A DNA stretch of 61,449 nt from an uncultured Ruminococcus sp. (GTDB lineage: Bacteria > Bacillota > Clostridia > Oscillospirales > Acutalibacteraceae), in NCBI GenBank assembly GCA_964600975.1, contig CAZRLC010000001.1:1-61449 (forward strand), in the 5' to 3' direction. Positions 21,818 to 30,937 of this stretch are shown one piece after another (within the stretch, counting starts at the first letter, position 1; each line of letters opens with the position of its first letter). The notes beneath the pieces are model-generated. The model saw only the letters and a list, made by a program, of their open reading frames with translations, was not told the DNA's origin and searched no databases. The translations under genes and the position numbers were made by a program.

Positions 21818-22738
21818 ATGAAGCTTCTGCTGACAGGTGCTATGAGCTACACAGAAGAACAACTGAATACCCTTAAGTCCTCGGGCTTTGACATAACCTT
21901 CGTACAAAACGAACTGGAACCTCTCGGTATAGACTGTTCACAGTTTGACGCTGTAGTTTGCAACAATCTCTTTAAGGAAAATCCTCCCGAAAGGTTTACA
22001 AACCTTAAGGCAGTACAGCTGACAAGTGCAGGTTTTGACCGTGCACCTGTAGGGTACTTCGCCTCAAAGGGAATATCCCTCTTCAATGCCAAAGGTGTAT
22101 ACAGCATTCCTATGGCAGAGTGGGTAATACTCAAAATTCTGGAAATTTACAAGCACTCTGCTGACTTCTATACACAGCAAAGAAAAAAGGAATGGACAAA
22201 GCACCGCGACCTGCCTGAATTATTCGGCAAGACTGCTCTTATAGTAGGTGCAGGGTCTGTGGGAACGGAATGTGCCAAGAGACTCCACTCTTTCGGTGTA
22301 CACACCATGGGCGCAGATATATACAACTGTGCAGGTGAACATATAGACGACTTTGTTCCCATGGATAGCCTCAAAGAGGCATTACCTCAGGCTGATATTA
22401 CTGTGCTGACCCTCCCCCTGACAGAAAGCACCAGAGGACTTTTCTCACAAGCGTTTCTCTCTCTGATGAAGGATGAAAGCGTACTTGTGAACGTGTCCCG
22501 CGGTGCGGTTATTGACGAAAAGGCTCTGTGTGAAGCAGTCGCAAGTGGTAAGTTTATGGGAGTGGCTTTGGATGTATTTGAGGAGGAGCCTCTTCCCTTG
22601 GAAAGTCCGCTGTGGAATATGAAGGGGGTCATCATCACTCCCCACAACAGCTTTGTATCCTCGGGCAACAACGAGCGACTTTTCCGCTTAATACTGGCTA
22701 ACCTCAACTCCGTGGACTTCGGCAAACACCAGACATAA
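21818..22738 (+). CDS. D-isomer-specific 2-hydroxyacid dehydrogenase
   Basis: GAGSVG NAD-binding motif, NVSRG, LDVFEEEP, TPH. Confidence 0.9.
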   Translation: MKLLLTGAMSYTEEQLNTLKSSGFDITFVQNELEPLGIDCSQFDAVVCNNLFKENPPERFTNLKAVQLTSAGFDRAPVGYFASKGISLFNAKGVYSIPMAEWVILKILEIYKHSADFYTQQRKKEWTKHRDLPELFGKTALIVGAGSVGTECAKRLHSFGVHTMGADIYNCAGEHIDDFVPMDSLKEALPQADITVLTLPLTESTRGLFSQAFLSLMKDESVLVNVSRGAVIDEKALCEAVASGKFMGVALDVFEEEPLPLESPLWNMKGVIITPHNSFVSSGNNERLFRLILANLNSVDFGKHQT

Positions 22739-22776
22739 CTTCTGACTAAACCAATAATCCGAAAGGCAGATATATA

Positions 22777-23829
22777 TTGAAATCAGTTTTAATCATTTTC
22801 GGCGGTAACTCCACCGAGCACGAAATATCCTGTAAGTCTGTTATGAACTTCACAAAGAATGTGTCTGACAGTAAATACAACAAGCACTATGTGGGCATAA
22901 AGAAAAACGGCGACTGGGTCTACTACCAAGGTGACACAAGCCTCATCCCCACAGGTGAGTGGGTTGAGTGCACCTCAAACATTCCCTGTGTTCTATCCCC
23001 TAACAAAACCTCCAAGGGACTCGTACTCCTGAATGGCGATAACACCCTTATCCCCGTGGATGTTATCATCCCTGTACTTCACGGCAAAAACGGTGAGGAC
23101 GGTACTATTCAGGGACTCTTTGATTTATGCGAAATCCCCTATGTCGGCTGTGGAGCCCTTGCATCAGGTCTTTCTATGGATAAAGCCTACACAAAGCTTG
23201 TAGTCGACAGTTTAAGTGATATACCTCAGGCAGACTACGTACTGGTTAAAGCAAATTGTGTCAAAGACTACATAGCCGAGGCAGAGGGTAAGTTCTCCTA
23301 CCCTATGTTTGTTAAGCCCTGTAAGTCAGGCTCGTCTCAGGGAGTGTCCAAGGCAGAGAATGCCCAAGAACTCCGAGAGGCTGTGAACCTTGCCCTTAAG
23401 CACGACTCCAAGGTGCTAATTGAGGAGGCTGTTATTGGCAGAGAGCTGGAGTGTGCTGTGCTGGAGACCCCAGAGGGTATAATTTGCTCCAATGCCGGTG
23501 AGGCTGTAGCAGGTGATGTATTCTATAGCTTTGAAGCTAAATATAACAACGCCGACTCTATGACGGTTACTTCTCCTGAGCTTCCCGAGGGTATCAACGA
23601 TACCGTCCGTGACTATGCTGAGAGAATATTCCTCGCCCTTGGTTGCAGAGGTCTGTCACGAGTTGACTTCTTTCTGGAAAAAAACACAAACCGTGTTGTC
23701 TTCAACGAAATCAACACCATGCCCGGTTTCACCGAGATTAGTATGTATCCTATGATGATGGAGTGCGTTGGCTACCCTGTAGAAAAGCTTATGGATACAC
23801 TCATTGAGGTAGCGGATTATTCAAGATAA
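22777..23829 (+). CDS. ddl: D-alanine--D-alanine ligase
   Basis: TTG start; FGGNSTEHEIS, LHGKNGEDGTIQG, GSSQG, FYSFEAKY, NEINTMPG. Confidence 0.92.
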   Translation: MKSVLIIFGGNSTEHEISCKSVMNFTKNVSDSKYNKHYVGIKKNGDWVYYQGDTSLIPTGEWVECTSNIPCVLSPNKTSKGLVLLNGDNTLIPVDVIIPVLHGKNGEDGTIQGLFDLCEIPYVGCGALASGLSMDKAYTKLVVDSLSDIPQADYVLVKANCVKDYIAEAEGKFSYPMFVKPCKSGSSQGVSKAENAQELREAVNLALKHDSKVLIEEAVIGRELECAVLETPEGIICSNAGEAVAGDVFYSFEAKYNNADSMTVTSPELPEGINDTVRDYAERIFLALGCRGLSRVDFFLEKNTNRVVFNEINTMPGFTEISMYPMMMECVGYPVEKLMDTLIEVADYSR

Positions 23830-23867
23830 AAATTTAGAATAAATATAAAACGAAAGCAGGAATTTGT

Positions 23868-24974
23868 TTGAAAATTATAATGGTCTCACCAAAAAACAGA
23901 ACTGCCTGGAACTTCAGAGGTGACCTGATAAAGGATATTATTGCTCTTGGACACCAGGTTATCGTCACAGGTCCCAACGATATTGACGTAGACAAGATTG
24001 AAGACCTTGGTGCAAGATTTGTAAAAATCCCCATGGAGAAAACCGGTGTCAACGCCATAACAGACCTGAAGTACATAGGGGCGCTTAAAAAACTCTTCAA
24101 AAAAGAAAAGCCCGATATAACCCTTGGCTACACTATTAAGCCGGTTATATACGGAGCCATAGCGGCAAAACTTGCAAGGGTTCAAAATCGCTATTCTATG
24201 GTAGAGGGTCTTGGATATATATTCACCGCAAATACTCGAAAGACAAGGATACTTCGTCCCATTGTCAAGACTCTGTACCGCATAGGTTTTTCATGTTCAA
24301 GCAAAGTAATTTTTATTAATCCCGACGACTTGAAAGATTTAACAGCAATGAAACTTCTGAAGAAAGAAAAATGCTGTCTTGTAGATGGTGCGGGAGTAAA
24401 TCTCGAACACTTCAACCTTGAACCACTACCGGACGAACCGGTGTTCTTTATGCTTTCACGCGCACTCATAAGCAAGGGTGTAAGAGTTTACCTGAAGGCA
24501 ACCGAGATTATTCACTCAAAATATCCTGACGTACGAATGATGCTCTTGGGCGAAATTGATGAGAATATGCAGGACTCACTCAAAAAAGAAGAAATACAGC
24601 GATATGTTGACTTAGGTGCCATTGAGTATTATCCGGAAAGCTCCGACGTGCGTAGTTATTATAAACAATGTTCAGTATATGTCCTACCGTCTTATCGCGA
24701 GGGTGTTCCTCGTACTACTCAAGAAGCTATGGCAATGGGCAGACCTGTTATTACAACCGACGCTCCGGGCTGCAGAGAAACCGTAATAGACGGAAAGACA
24801 GGCTTTATGGTACCTGTGGACAACCCTGAGGCATTATCAGATGCTATGTGTAAGTTCATAGAAAACCCCGAACTCATCAAATCTTTTGGTGAAGAAAGTT
24901 ATAAATACTGTAAAGACCGATTTGATGTAAAAAAAGTAAATCAGACCTTACTCGCTCATATGGATATAGAGTAA
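23868..24974 (+). CDS. GT4-family glycosyltransferase
   Basis: YTIKPVIYG and LPSYREGVPR..QEAMAMGRPVITTDAPGCRE. Confidence 0.92.
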   Translation: MKIIMVSPKNRTAWNFRGDLIKDIIALGHQVIVTGPNDIDVDKIEDLGARFVKIPMEKTGVNAITDLKYIGALKKLFKKEKPDITLGYTIKPVIYGAIAAKLARVQNRYSMVEGLGYIFTANTRKTRILRPIVKTLYRIGFSCSSKVIFINPDDLKDLTAMKLLKKEKCCLVDGAGVNLEHFNLEPLPDEPVFFMLSRALISKGVRVYLKATEIIHSKYPDVRMMLLGEIDENMQDSLKKEEIQRYVDLGAIEYYPESSDVRSYYKQCSVYVLPSYREGVPRTTQEAMAMGRPVITTDAPGCRETVIDGKTGFMVPVDNPEALSDAMCKFIENPELIKSFGEESYKYCKDRFDVKKVNQTLLAHMDIE

Positions 24975-24990
24975 AGTGAAGGAATAAACT

Positions 24991-25208
24991 ATGTCACTAT
25001 ACGAGAAATTTGTTAACAGAGAAGAAAAATATCCCTGGTAGGTCTTGGCTATGTTGGTATGCCTATTGCGGTTTTATTTTCCAGAAAGGTTAATGTAATC
25101 GGCATTGACCCCTACTATCTTACATACAAGCCTGTCCTCCTTGACATCAAGGGACTCCTGAACCGCAAAGAGTACGAAGCGGCTGACTACATCTACCAGA
25201 GGCTGTAA
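24991..25208 (+). pseudogene. Collapsed nucleotide-sugar (UDP-GalNAc/GlcNAc) dehydrogenase remnant
   Basis: MSLYEKFVNREEK, then a -1 frameshift, then SLVGLGYVGMPIAVLFSRKVNVIGID | PYYLTYK | PVLLDIKGLLNRKEYEAADYIYQRL*. These are the N-terminal, central and C-terminal family motifs fused together. Confidence 0.85.
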
Positions 25209-25273
25209 CCCTTGATTTTTCCTCTACTTATTAACCTAATAATCCATACTACATTGAAAGAAGGAAGTTTCGA

Positions 25274-26875
25274 ATGAAAAACACCGTCAGTGCAAACACA
25301 GAAGCAATTAAAAAAATTCTTAATGAAAAGCCTCAATACAGAGAGTGCCTTTTTTCCAGAGGCTATTTCATAACAAACGATAAAAACATCAACGAGCAGT
25401 CCTATCCCTTTTATGGAGAATGGACAGTAAAGCAGATTAACAATTATCGTGCATTCATCCACAAGGATCAGGATTTCTGTCTATATGAGAACAACGATGT
25501 AAGTTTTCTCATTATCGGACATGCTTATAATCCATTTAACGGCATATATGAAGAAGCTTCTCTTCTCAAAGAAGCATCCGATGCATACCAGGTGAGTACT
25601 GATAAGTTTTTCGATGTTATTAACGACTGGACGGGCATTTTCTGTGTATTTGTTTTTGATAAGGAAATACTCGGGGTTCAGGATTGTGCAGGAATAAAGG
25701 CACTTTACTACGGTAATATTGAGAATAGTTCTTGTTTCACATCTCATCCTCAGTTAGTAGCTGATATATACTCACTTACTATGGATCCGTTCGTAAAAAA
25801 ACTTGTAACCAATAGATTTTATAACATAGGCAACAGATATCTTCCGGGCGATCTGTCACCCTTTAAGGAGCTCAAGCGAATAGGAGCAAATGTTTATATC
25901 AAGCTCAACAAATCTGCAGAATTCTCTGTGCACAGATTTTATCCTGTCCGACCACTCGTTAAATGCGAAACCGAAGAGGACTACGAAAAGGGCATTCAAC
26001 AGGCATACAATATACTTCACAAAAATATAGAGTTAGCCTCCATAAAATGGCCTAATTCCGCAATTTCTCTTTCCGGCGGTACGGACAGCAAGACAACTCT
26101 TGCCTGTGCTAACGGACTTTACGATAAATTCGGTTACTTTAGTTTTCAGTCAAAAGATACTGAGATAACAGACTCTAAGGCAGCCCATGAAATATGTGAA
26201 AAAATCGGGTTAGAGCACAATATTTATCCTATCCCTTCAAACAATGACGAAATCGAGGACTACGAAGAACTCAAGGCACTTATCGTTCATTCCTACGGTT
26301 ATATCAGAAGACTTGCCGAAAGAGAAGTCAGAAAACACATCTGTATGTACCGATGGAACTATTTCGATACAGAAATTAAATCTTGGATATCTGAAATTGT
26401 ACGTGTGTTTTTCGAAAGAAAATATGGTGTGAATTTTCCTAAACGCCTTTCTGCTAGACACTTTAGTATTTTTCAGACCCGCTATTTTCTTTCTCCGTAT
26501 TTACTTTCCGAATCAGATAAAATTTATAAAGAATATATGAAAAAGTTTGACCTTGAAGAGGCCAAATTTAACTTCGAACACACCGATATGTATTATTGGG
26601 AAGTCAGAATGAGCAATTGGGGTATGATGGTTACTCAGTCACTTGACATCTGCCACAGAATCACATTCCCATTCAACAACCGCAGACTTATTGAATTAAT
26701 GCTCACTCTCCCCAGAGAAAACAGAAAAACCGATAAAGCACACAACGACATCATCAAAATTGCCAATAAAGATATTTATGATACAAATATTCATATTGCA
26801 AACAATTACTTTCACTCTGGCAGAATTTTGATAGAAAAACTATATTTCAGATATCGCACCATATTCAAAAAATAA
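25274..26875 (+). CDS. Asparagine-synthetase-like (PP-loop) protein of a polysaccharide locus
   Basis: 533 aa with SLSGGTDS PP-loop, D.AG.K.LYY and FPFNNRRL motifs; no N-terminal catalytic Cys. Confidence 0.7.
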   Translation: MKNTVSANTEAIKKILNEKPQYRECLFSRGYFITNDKNINEQSYPFYGEWTVKQINNYRAFIHKDQDFCLYENNDVSFLIIGHAYNPFNGIYEEASLLKEASDAYQVSTDKFFDVINDWTGIFCVFVFDKEILGVQDCAGIKALYYGNIENSSCFTSHPQLVADIYSLTMDPFVKKLVTNRFYNIGNRYLPGDLSPFKELKRIGANVYIKLNKSAEFSVHRFYPVRPLVKCETEEDYEKGIQQAYNILHKNIELASIKWPNSAISLSGGTDSKTTLACANGLYDKFGYFSFQSKDTEITDSKAAHEICEKIGLEHNIYPIPSNNDEIEDYEELKALIVHSYGYIRRLAEREVRKHICMYRWNYFDTEIKSWISEIVRVFFERKYGVNFPKRLSARHFSIFQTRYFLSPYLLSESDKIYKEYMKKFDLEEAKFNFEHTDMYYWEVRMSNWGMMVTQSLDICHRITFPFNNRRLIELMLTLPRENRKTDKAHNDIIKIANKDIYDTNIHIANNYFHSGRILIEKLYFRYRTIFKK

Positions 26876-27176
26876 AATGTAGTGGTTAAAACCTAATAAT
26901 CGCAATCCCTTGATGACTCTGTGTTCTGAAAAACATCCGGTAAGAGGCTATGTGGAGAAACCGAAGAATTTTGAACGTATGAAAGAAATTGTCGAGAAGT
27001 TATCCCGGCCATTTCCTATGTGTCGAGTAGATTCTTATAATATTGATGGACAGATTTATTTTGGCGAAATCACCTTCTGCCACGGCGGATGTTGTCAAAA
27101 AATTGAGCCCTTGGAATGGGACCTTAAGATTGCAAGTTGGATAGACCTTGACAGTCCAAAAATCGTAAGAAAGTAA
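26874..27176 (+). pseudogene. TupA-like ATP-grasp remnant with internal deletion and nonsense codon
   Basis: In-frame KM*WLKPNNRNPLMTLCSEKHPVRGYVE joined directly to KPKNFERMKEIVEKLS..RVDSYNIDGQIYFGEITF. Confidence 0.8.
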
Positions 27177-27209
27177 CATATAAAACAAAAAGCAAAGGAG
27201 GTGCATACA

Positions 27210-28286
27210 ATGTCAGTCCTGATAATTACTGCTCTGGTAACCGGTATCTTCGGATATATAGCAACCCAACAGTACAACAAGCATATGGAACTGGTTGCAA
27301 AATCAAGAAAAAGCAGCCTTACCACCTATTATCTGTTTGTCATTGTATGTACCCTTATTCTTGCCTTTGTAACCGGTCTTAGATATCGCGTAGGAACAGA
27401 TTACTATTCTTACTATACCAGCTTTTCCGTCTGGGCACAAAGCCTCTCTACAAGACTACAGGAATGGGACGAGCCCGGACTGGCACTAATCGCAAACATT
27501 CTATATAAAATTACGGACGACAGTGCTTATTTTTTATTTACAGTGGGTGCTTTGACAGTATTTCTTTTTGTAATCACCCTTAGTAAAAACTGCGATGATT
27601 TCTTTTTTACAATTATGCTGTTTATGTTTACCAGCTGGACAGGTTGTTTTAACGGAATCAGACAGTATCTTGCAGCGGCAATAATTTTTGCAGGACACAG
27701 GCTAATTTACGAACGAAAGTTTATTAAATATTGCATTGTAGTATTTTTAGGCGCTTCTGTGCATATTACAGGACTTATAATGCTTCCTATGTATTTTCTT
27801 GTTTCAAGAAACCTTAATTTCAAAAAGATCTTATTTATCCTTGCATCAGGCGTTGCGCTTGTTTTTTCTTATGATCTTTTGTTTGAAATTATGGGTGTCT
27901 TAAAAGACACCGACTCCAATATTGCCGGTACCGCCTATGCTCAAAATGAAATACACCCTCTCAGAATAGTTATTGCTTTGGCACCTATTATAGTTTATGC
28001 CTTTCTTGCCTTTCAAAAGAAAGTCTTTACCCGAGAGGAAAACTTCTATATGTCTGCCTTATTTGTAAACTTTGCATTGATTTTTGCAACGGCAAACAGT
28101 GCTCTTCTGAATAGAGTTACTATTTACTTCAAACCCTTTCTATCTGTTGCACTCTGTCATTTGTGCAACAAATTTGAGGGTAATCAAAGGAAATTTATGA
28201 AAGCACTTATTGCTATACTTTATGCTATCGTATGGATAGATATTGAATGCATAGGTGTAAAATGGTATTGGATATTTAACAGATAA
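27210..28286 (+). CDS. EpsG-family polysaccharide polymerase (Wzy)
   Basis: Multi-TM protein with GLRYRVGTDY..Y, EPG, NGIRQYLA and H.T motifs; AAGGAGG RBS before ATG 27210. Confidence 0.88.
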   Translation: MSVLIITALVTGIFGYIATQQYNKHMELVAKSRKSSLTTYYLFVIVCTLILAFVTGLRYRVGTDYYSYYTSFSVWAQSLSTRLQEWDEPGLALIANILYKITDDSAYFLFTVGALTVFLFVITLSKNCDDFFFTIMLFMFTSWTGCFNGIRQYLAAAIIFAGHRLIYERKFIKYCIVVFLGASVHITGLIMLPMYFLVSRNLNFKKILFILASGVALVFSYDLLFEIMGVLKDTDSNIAGTAYAQNEIHPLRIVIALAPIIVYAFLAFQKKVFTREENFYMSALFVNFALIFATANSALLNRVTIYFKPFLSVALCHLCNKFEGNQRKFMKALIAILYAIVWIDIECIGVKWYWIFNR

Positions 28287-28299
28287 CAGCTATAACGGT

Positions 28300-29160
28300 A
28301 TGAAGCATTATATTAATGATACAACCTATAAAAAAAGGACAAGCGGCAGGATAATAATTCTGTTGCTTGTCTTGTTGCTTGTGATATTTCTTGCAGCTGA
28401 GCTTGTTTACAGCAACCAAGCTATAACTGTAGCCGAGTATTCCTTTGACAGTCCGAAGATTTCTGAGTCTGTACGGATTGCAGTTGTCACCGATACCCAT
28501 TGTAAGGAATTCTGGGGTGGCAACCAACGGCTTTACTCCAAAATAAAGGAGCAAGACCCCGACATCATCCTTGCTGTGGGAGATTTGATTGAAAGCAAGG
28601 TGGAAATTCCTAACGACACAGAATACCTTGAGACCTTGCTCAGTAATCTGTGTGATATTGCCCCTGTGTACTGCTCCCTGGGTAATCACGAAAAGAACAG
28701 TCCCAAGCTGGAGGAATACGTGGCTGTAATCGAGAAAAGCGACGCTACCCTCCTTGAGGGTAACTATCTGGATATAGAAATAAACGACACCCCTATCCGT
28801 ATTGGTGGACTCAGCTACTATCGCAAGTGGGACACAGAAACCAATACCTATCTGACAGAATATACCGACACAGAGGATTTCACCCTGCTTTTGTGTCATC
28901 AGCCCGAGTTGTATCTGTGGGGTATAGATGAGTATCCGGTGGATTTGACCGTCAGCGGTCACACCCACGGCGGTATGATACAAATCCCCTTTGTGGGTGC
29001 AGTATATGTGCCCGACCAAGAAACATTTCCCGACTATGCAGAGGGCTTCTTCCAAATGGATAACGGCTACCTTGCCATATCCACAGGACTGGGCTCCTCC
29101 CCCTATTATCTACAGAGAATGTTTAACCCTCCGCAGATTATTTCAATTGAGGTGCAGTAA
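28300..29160 (+). CDS. Metallophosphoesterase (YkuE-like), membrane-anchored
   Basis: DTH, GD, GNHE, H and GHTHGG motifs. Confidence 0.9.
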   Translation: MKHYINDTTYKKRTSGRIIILLLVLLLVIFLAAELVYSNQAITVAEYSFDSPKISESVRIAVVTDTHCKEFWGGNQRLYSKIKEQDPDIILAVGDLIESKVEIPNDTEYLETLLSNLCDIAPVYCSLGNHEKNSPKLEEYVAVIEKSDATLLEGNYLDIEINDTPIRIGGLSYYRKWDTETNTYLTEYTDTEDFTLLLCHQPELYLWGIDEYPVDLTVSGHTHGGMIQIPFVGAVYVPDQETFPDYAEGFFQMDNGYLAISTGLGSSPYYLQRMFNPPQIISIEVQ

Positions 29161-29681
29161 TGGACAAACCCTTAGAGATTGAATATAAATACCTTATACG
29201 CTACCCCGACATAGAAATTCTAAAAGCTCAAAGCAACTATCAAATAGCAAATATGTGCCAGATGTATCTGGAGTTACCCGAGGGTGTAAGTGAGCACGGA
29301 AAACGATGCCGTATAAGATGCTCTGAAACAGAGCCTGGTACCCTATACACCAAAACCTTTAAGACAAAGCTTACGGATATGACCCGAATAGAGGTTGAGT
29401 CCGAAATATCAAAAGAAGAGTTTGAATCCCTTTCTCAGTATATACGAGAGGGCTACTCACCTATAAAAAAACAAAGACACAGCTTCTCTATGAACGGCTT
29501 CATCTACGAGGTGGATGTGTTCCCCTTCTGGCAGGACAGGGCCTTTCTGGAGATTGAGGTGGAGTCTGAGGATGTCCAGCCCCCTATCCCCGATTTTATC
29601 ACAATAATTAAGGATGTCACCTCCGACGACAGATATCGCAACTCAGCCCTTGCACAAAAAATAATCACAGAAGATATATAA
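29160..29681 (+). CDS. CYTH-domain protein
   Basis: EIEYKYL, R.EVE, EVD, LEIE and DVT.D.RY.N motifs. Confidence 0.88.
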   Translation: MDKPLEIEYKYLIRYPDIEILKAQSNYQIANMCQMYLELPEGVSEHGKRCRIRCSETEPGTLYTKTFKTKLTDMTRIEVESEISKEEFESLSQYIREGYSPIKKQRHSFSMNGFIYEVDVFPFWQDRAFLEIEVESEDVQPPIPDFITIIKDVTSDDRYRNSALAQKIITEDI

Positions 29682-29687
29682 AAGAAC

Positions 29688-29721
29688 AGGCGTTGTGTAG
29701 TTAATACACAACGCCTTTTTT
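29688..29721. terminator. Intrinsic terminator
   Basis: aggcgttgtgta-gttaa-tacacaacgcct followed by a T run. Confidence 0.8.
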
Positions 29722-29751
29722 GGAGTATTCTATAAGGAAAAGCTTATCTCA

Positions 29752-30585
29752 TCAAGAGCTCAGCTTCATCTGAACAATTTTGTCTACAGTCTCGCAAACT
29801 CGTCTGTGGTTATCCTCAAACTGCTTTTCGTCCCAGGTGGCTACCTCTTCCTCACGCTTTCTCAAAAGTGCAATCTCTCCGCCGAAGTCGTCAATAGGAC
29901 GACTTAAGTCCACCTCGTTACGAAATGTGCGGGACAATATTGCACAGGTTGAGCCCAGTCGCTTGTGCTCACCGATAACATCGTCACTCTTAAGGAGTCC
30001 CTCACCGATTTTTGCTATACCGCCGAAACCGTAGGGTACACCTCTGCTTCTGAACTTCCGGCAGAGACTCTCTACCACTCCGTTGGAAAGAAGCTCAAAC
30101 ATAAAGTGCATATTGTAGCTCAGGTGCAAATCGTTGAGACCTATGTACACCTCGTCAATGCCCTGCAAAGCGAGAATTTCGTCTGCATTTTCTACCGACT
30201 CTGCAGTTTCAAAGAGCAGTACTGTGGGCACCCTACCATCTACACACCGGAGGAAAAACTTAACCTCTTCAGCAGTTTTGAAGTAAGGGAGCATAATGAT
30301 ATCTGCACCGTCTGATATTATTCTGTCAATCTCAGCACCAAGACCCTTGTGTGCAGGATTACACCGCACCAGGAGTTTTGCCTTGTGAACCACAGCTCTC
30401 AAAGGTGCAATATCATCAAGGGACGCGTGGGATACTACTGTATCCAGGTGACCCTGTCTTTCCTCCTTACCCAGAATCTCCAGGTCAAGGAATATACGGT
30501 CCACACCTGCCTCTTCTGCCAAAACTGCAGCCTCGGGGCTTGATGTAAGATACATTAATGTTAGCTTGTTAGACATATTGCTCAT
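29752..30585 (-). CDS. HpcH/HpaI aldolase / citrate-lyase-family protein
   Basis: GVDRIFLDLE, IMLPYFKT, LFET and IGLNDL motifs. Confidence 0.85.
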   Translation of the reverse strand: MSNMSNKLTLMYLTSSPEAAVLAEEAGVDRIFLDLEILGKEERQGHLDTVVSHASLDDIAPLRAVVHKAKLLVRCNPAHKGLGAEIDRIISDGADIIMLPYFKTAEEVKFFLRCVDGRVPTVLLFETAESVENADEILALQGIDEVYIGLNDLHLSYNMHFMFELLSNGVVESLCRKFRSRGVPYGFGGIAKIGEGLLKSDDVIGEHKRLGSTCAILSRTFRNEVDLSRPIDDFGGEIALLRKREEEVATWDEKQFEDNHRRVCETVDKIVQMKLSS

Positions 30586-30937
30586 AATATCACGTAAACC
30601 TTCCGTGGCTATTTCAACTTCCCGACTGAAAGCATCAGCCTGTCAGAACTCAGCAAAAACTTTTCAAAACCGATTCTTACACTATTCTACCATACTTTGC
30701 AATTTGTGTAAATGAAAATTGAGTTTTTTCTCCCATAACTTTTGATGTGATGTTATTATAAATAATGTATCAACCAAAAAATTAAATTGCCGTTATCGGC
30801 AAAAGACGTAGAATACTTAGGTGTATTTCATTTACTTTTTGCAGATAATATAGTATACTGATAGAGGTTAATTAGATTAGGAATTAGGAAATCAGGAATA
30901 TGATGAACTTATAAATTACCTTGAAGGAGTAAAGTTT

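Noticed and set aside
21818..23829. vanH-vanA-like glycopeptide-resistance pair (dehydrogenase plus ligase)
   Set aside because: The ligase omega loop FYSFEAKY keeps the Tyr typical of D-Ala-D-Ala ligases. No vanX/vanY/vanRS genes are adjacent, and the context is a polysaccharide locus.
30764..30773. 10-bp match (aatgtatcaa) to the MmeI-like repeat upstream of the 2019-aa gene
   Set aside because: Short AT-rich match in an AT-rich spacer, compatible with chance.
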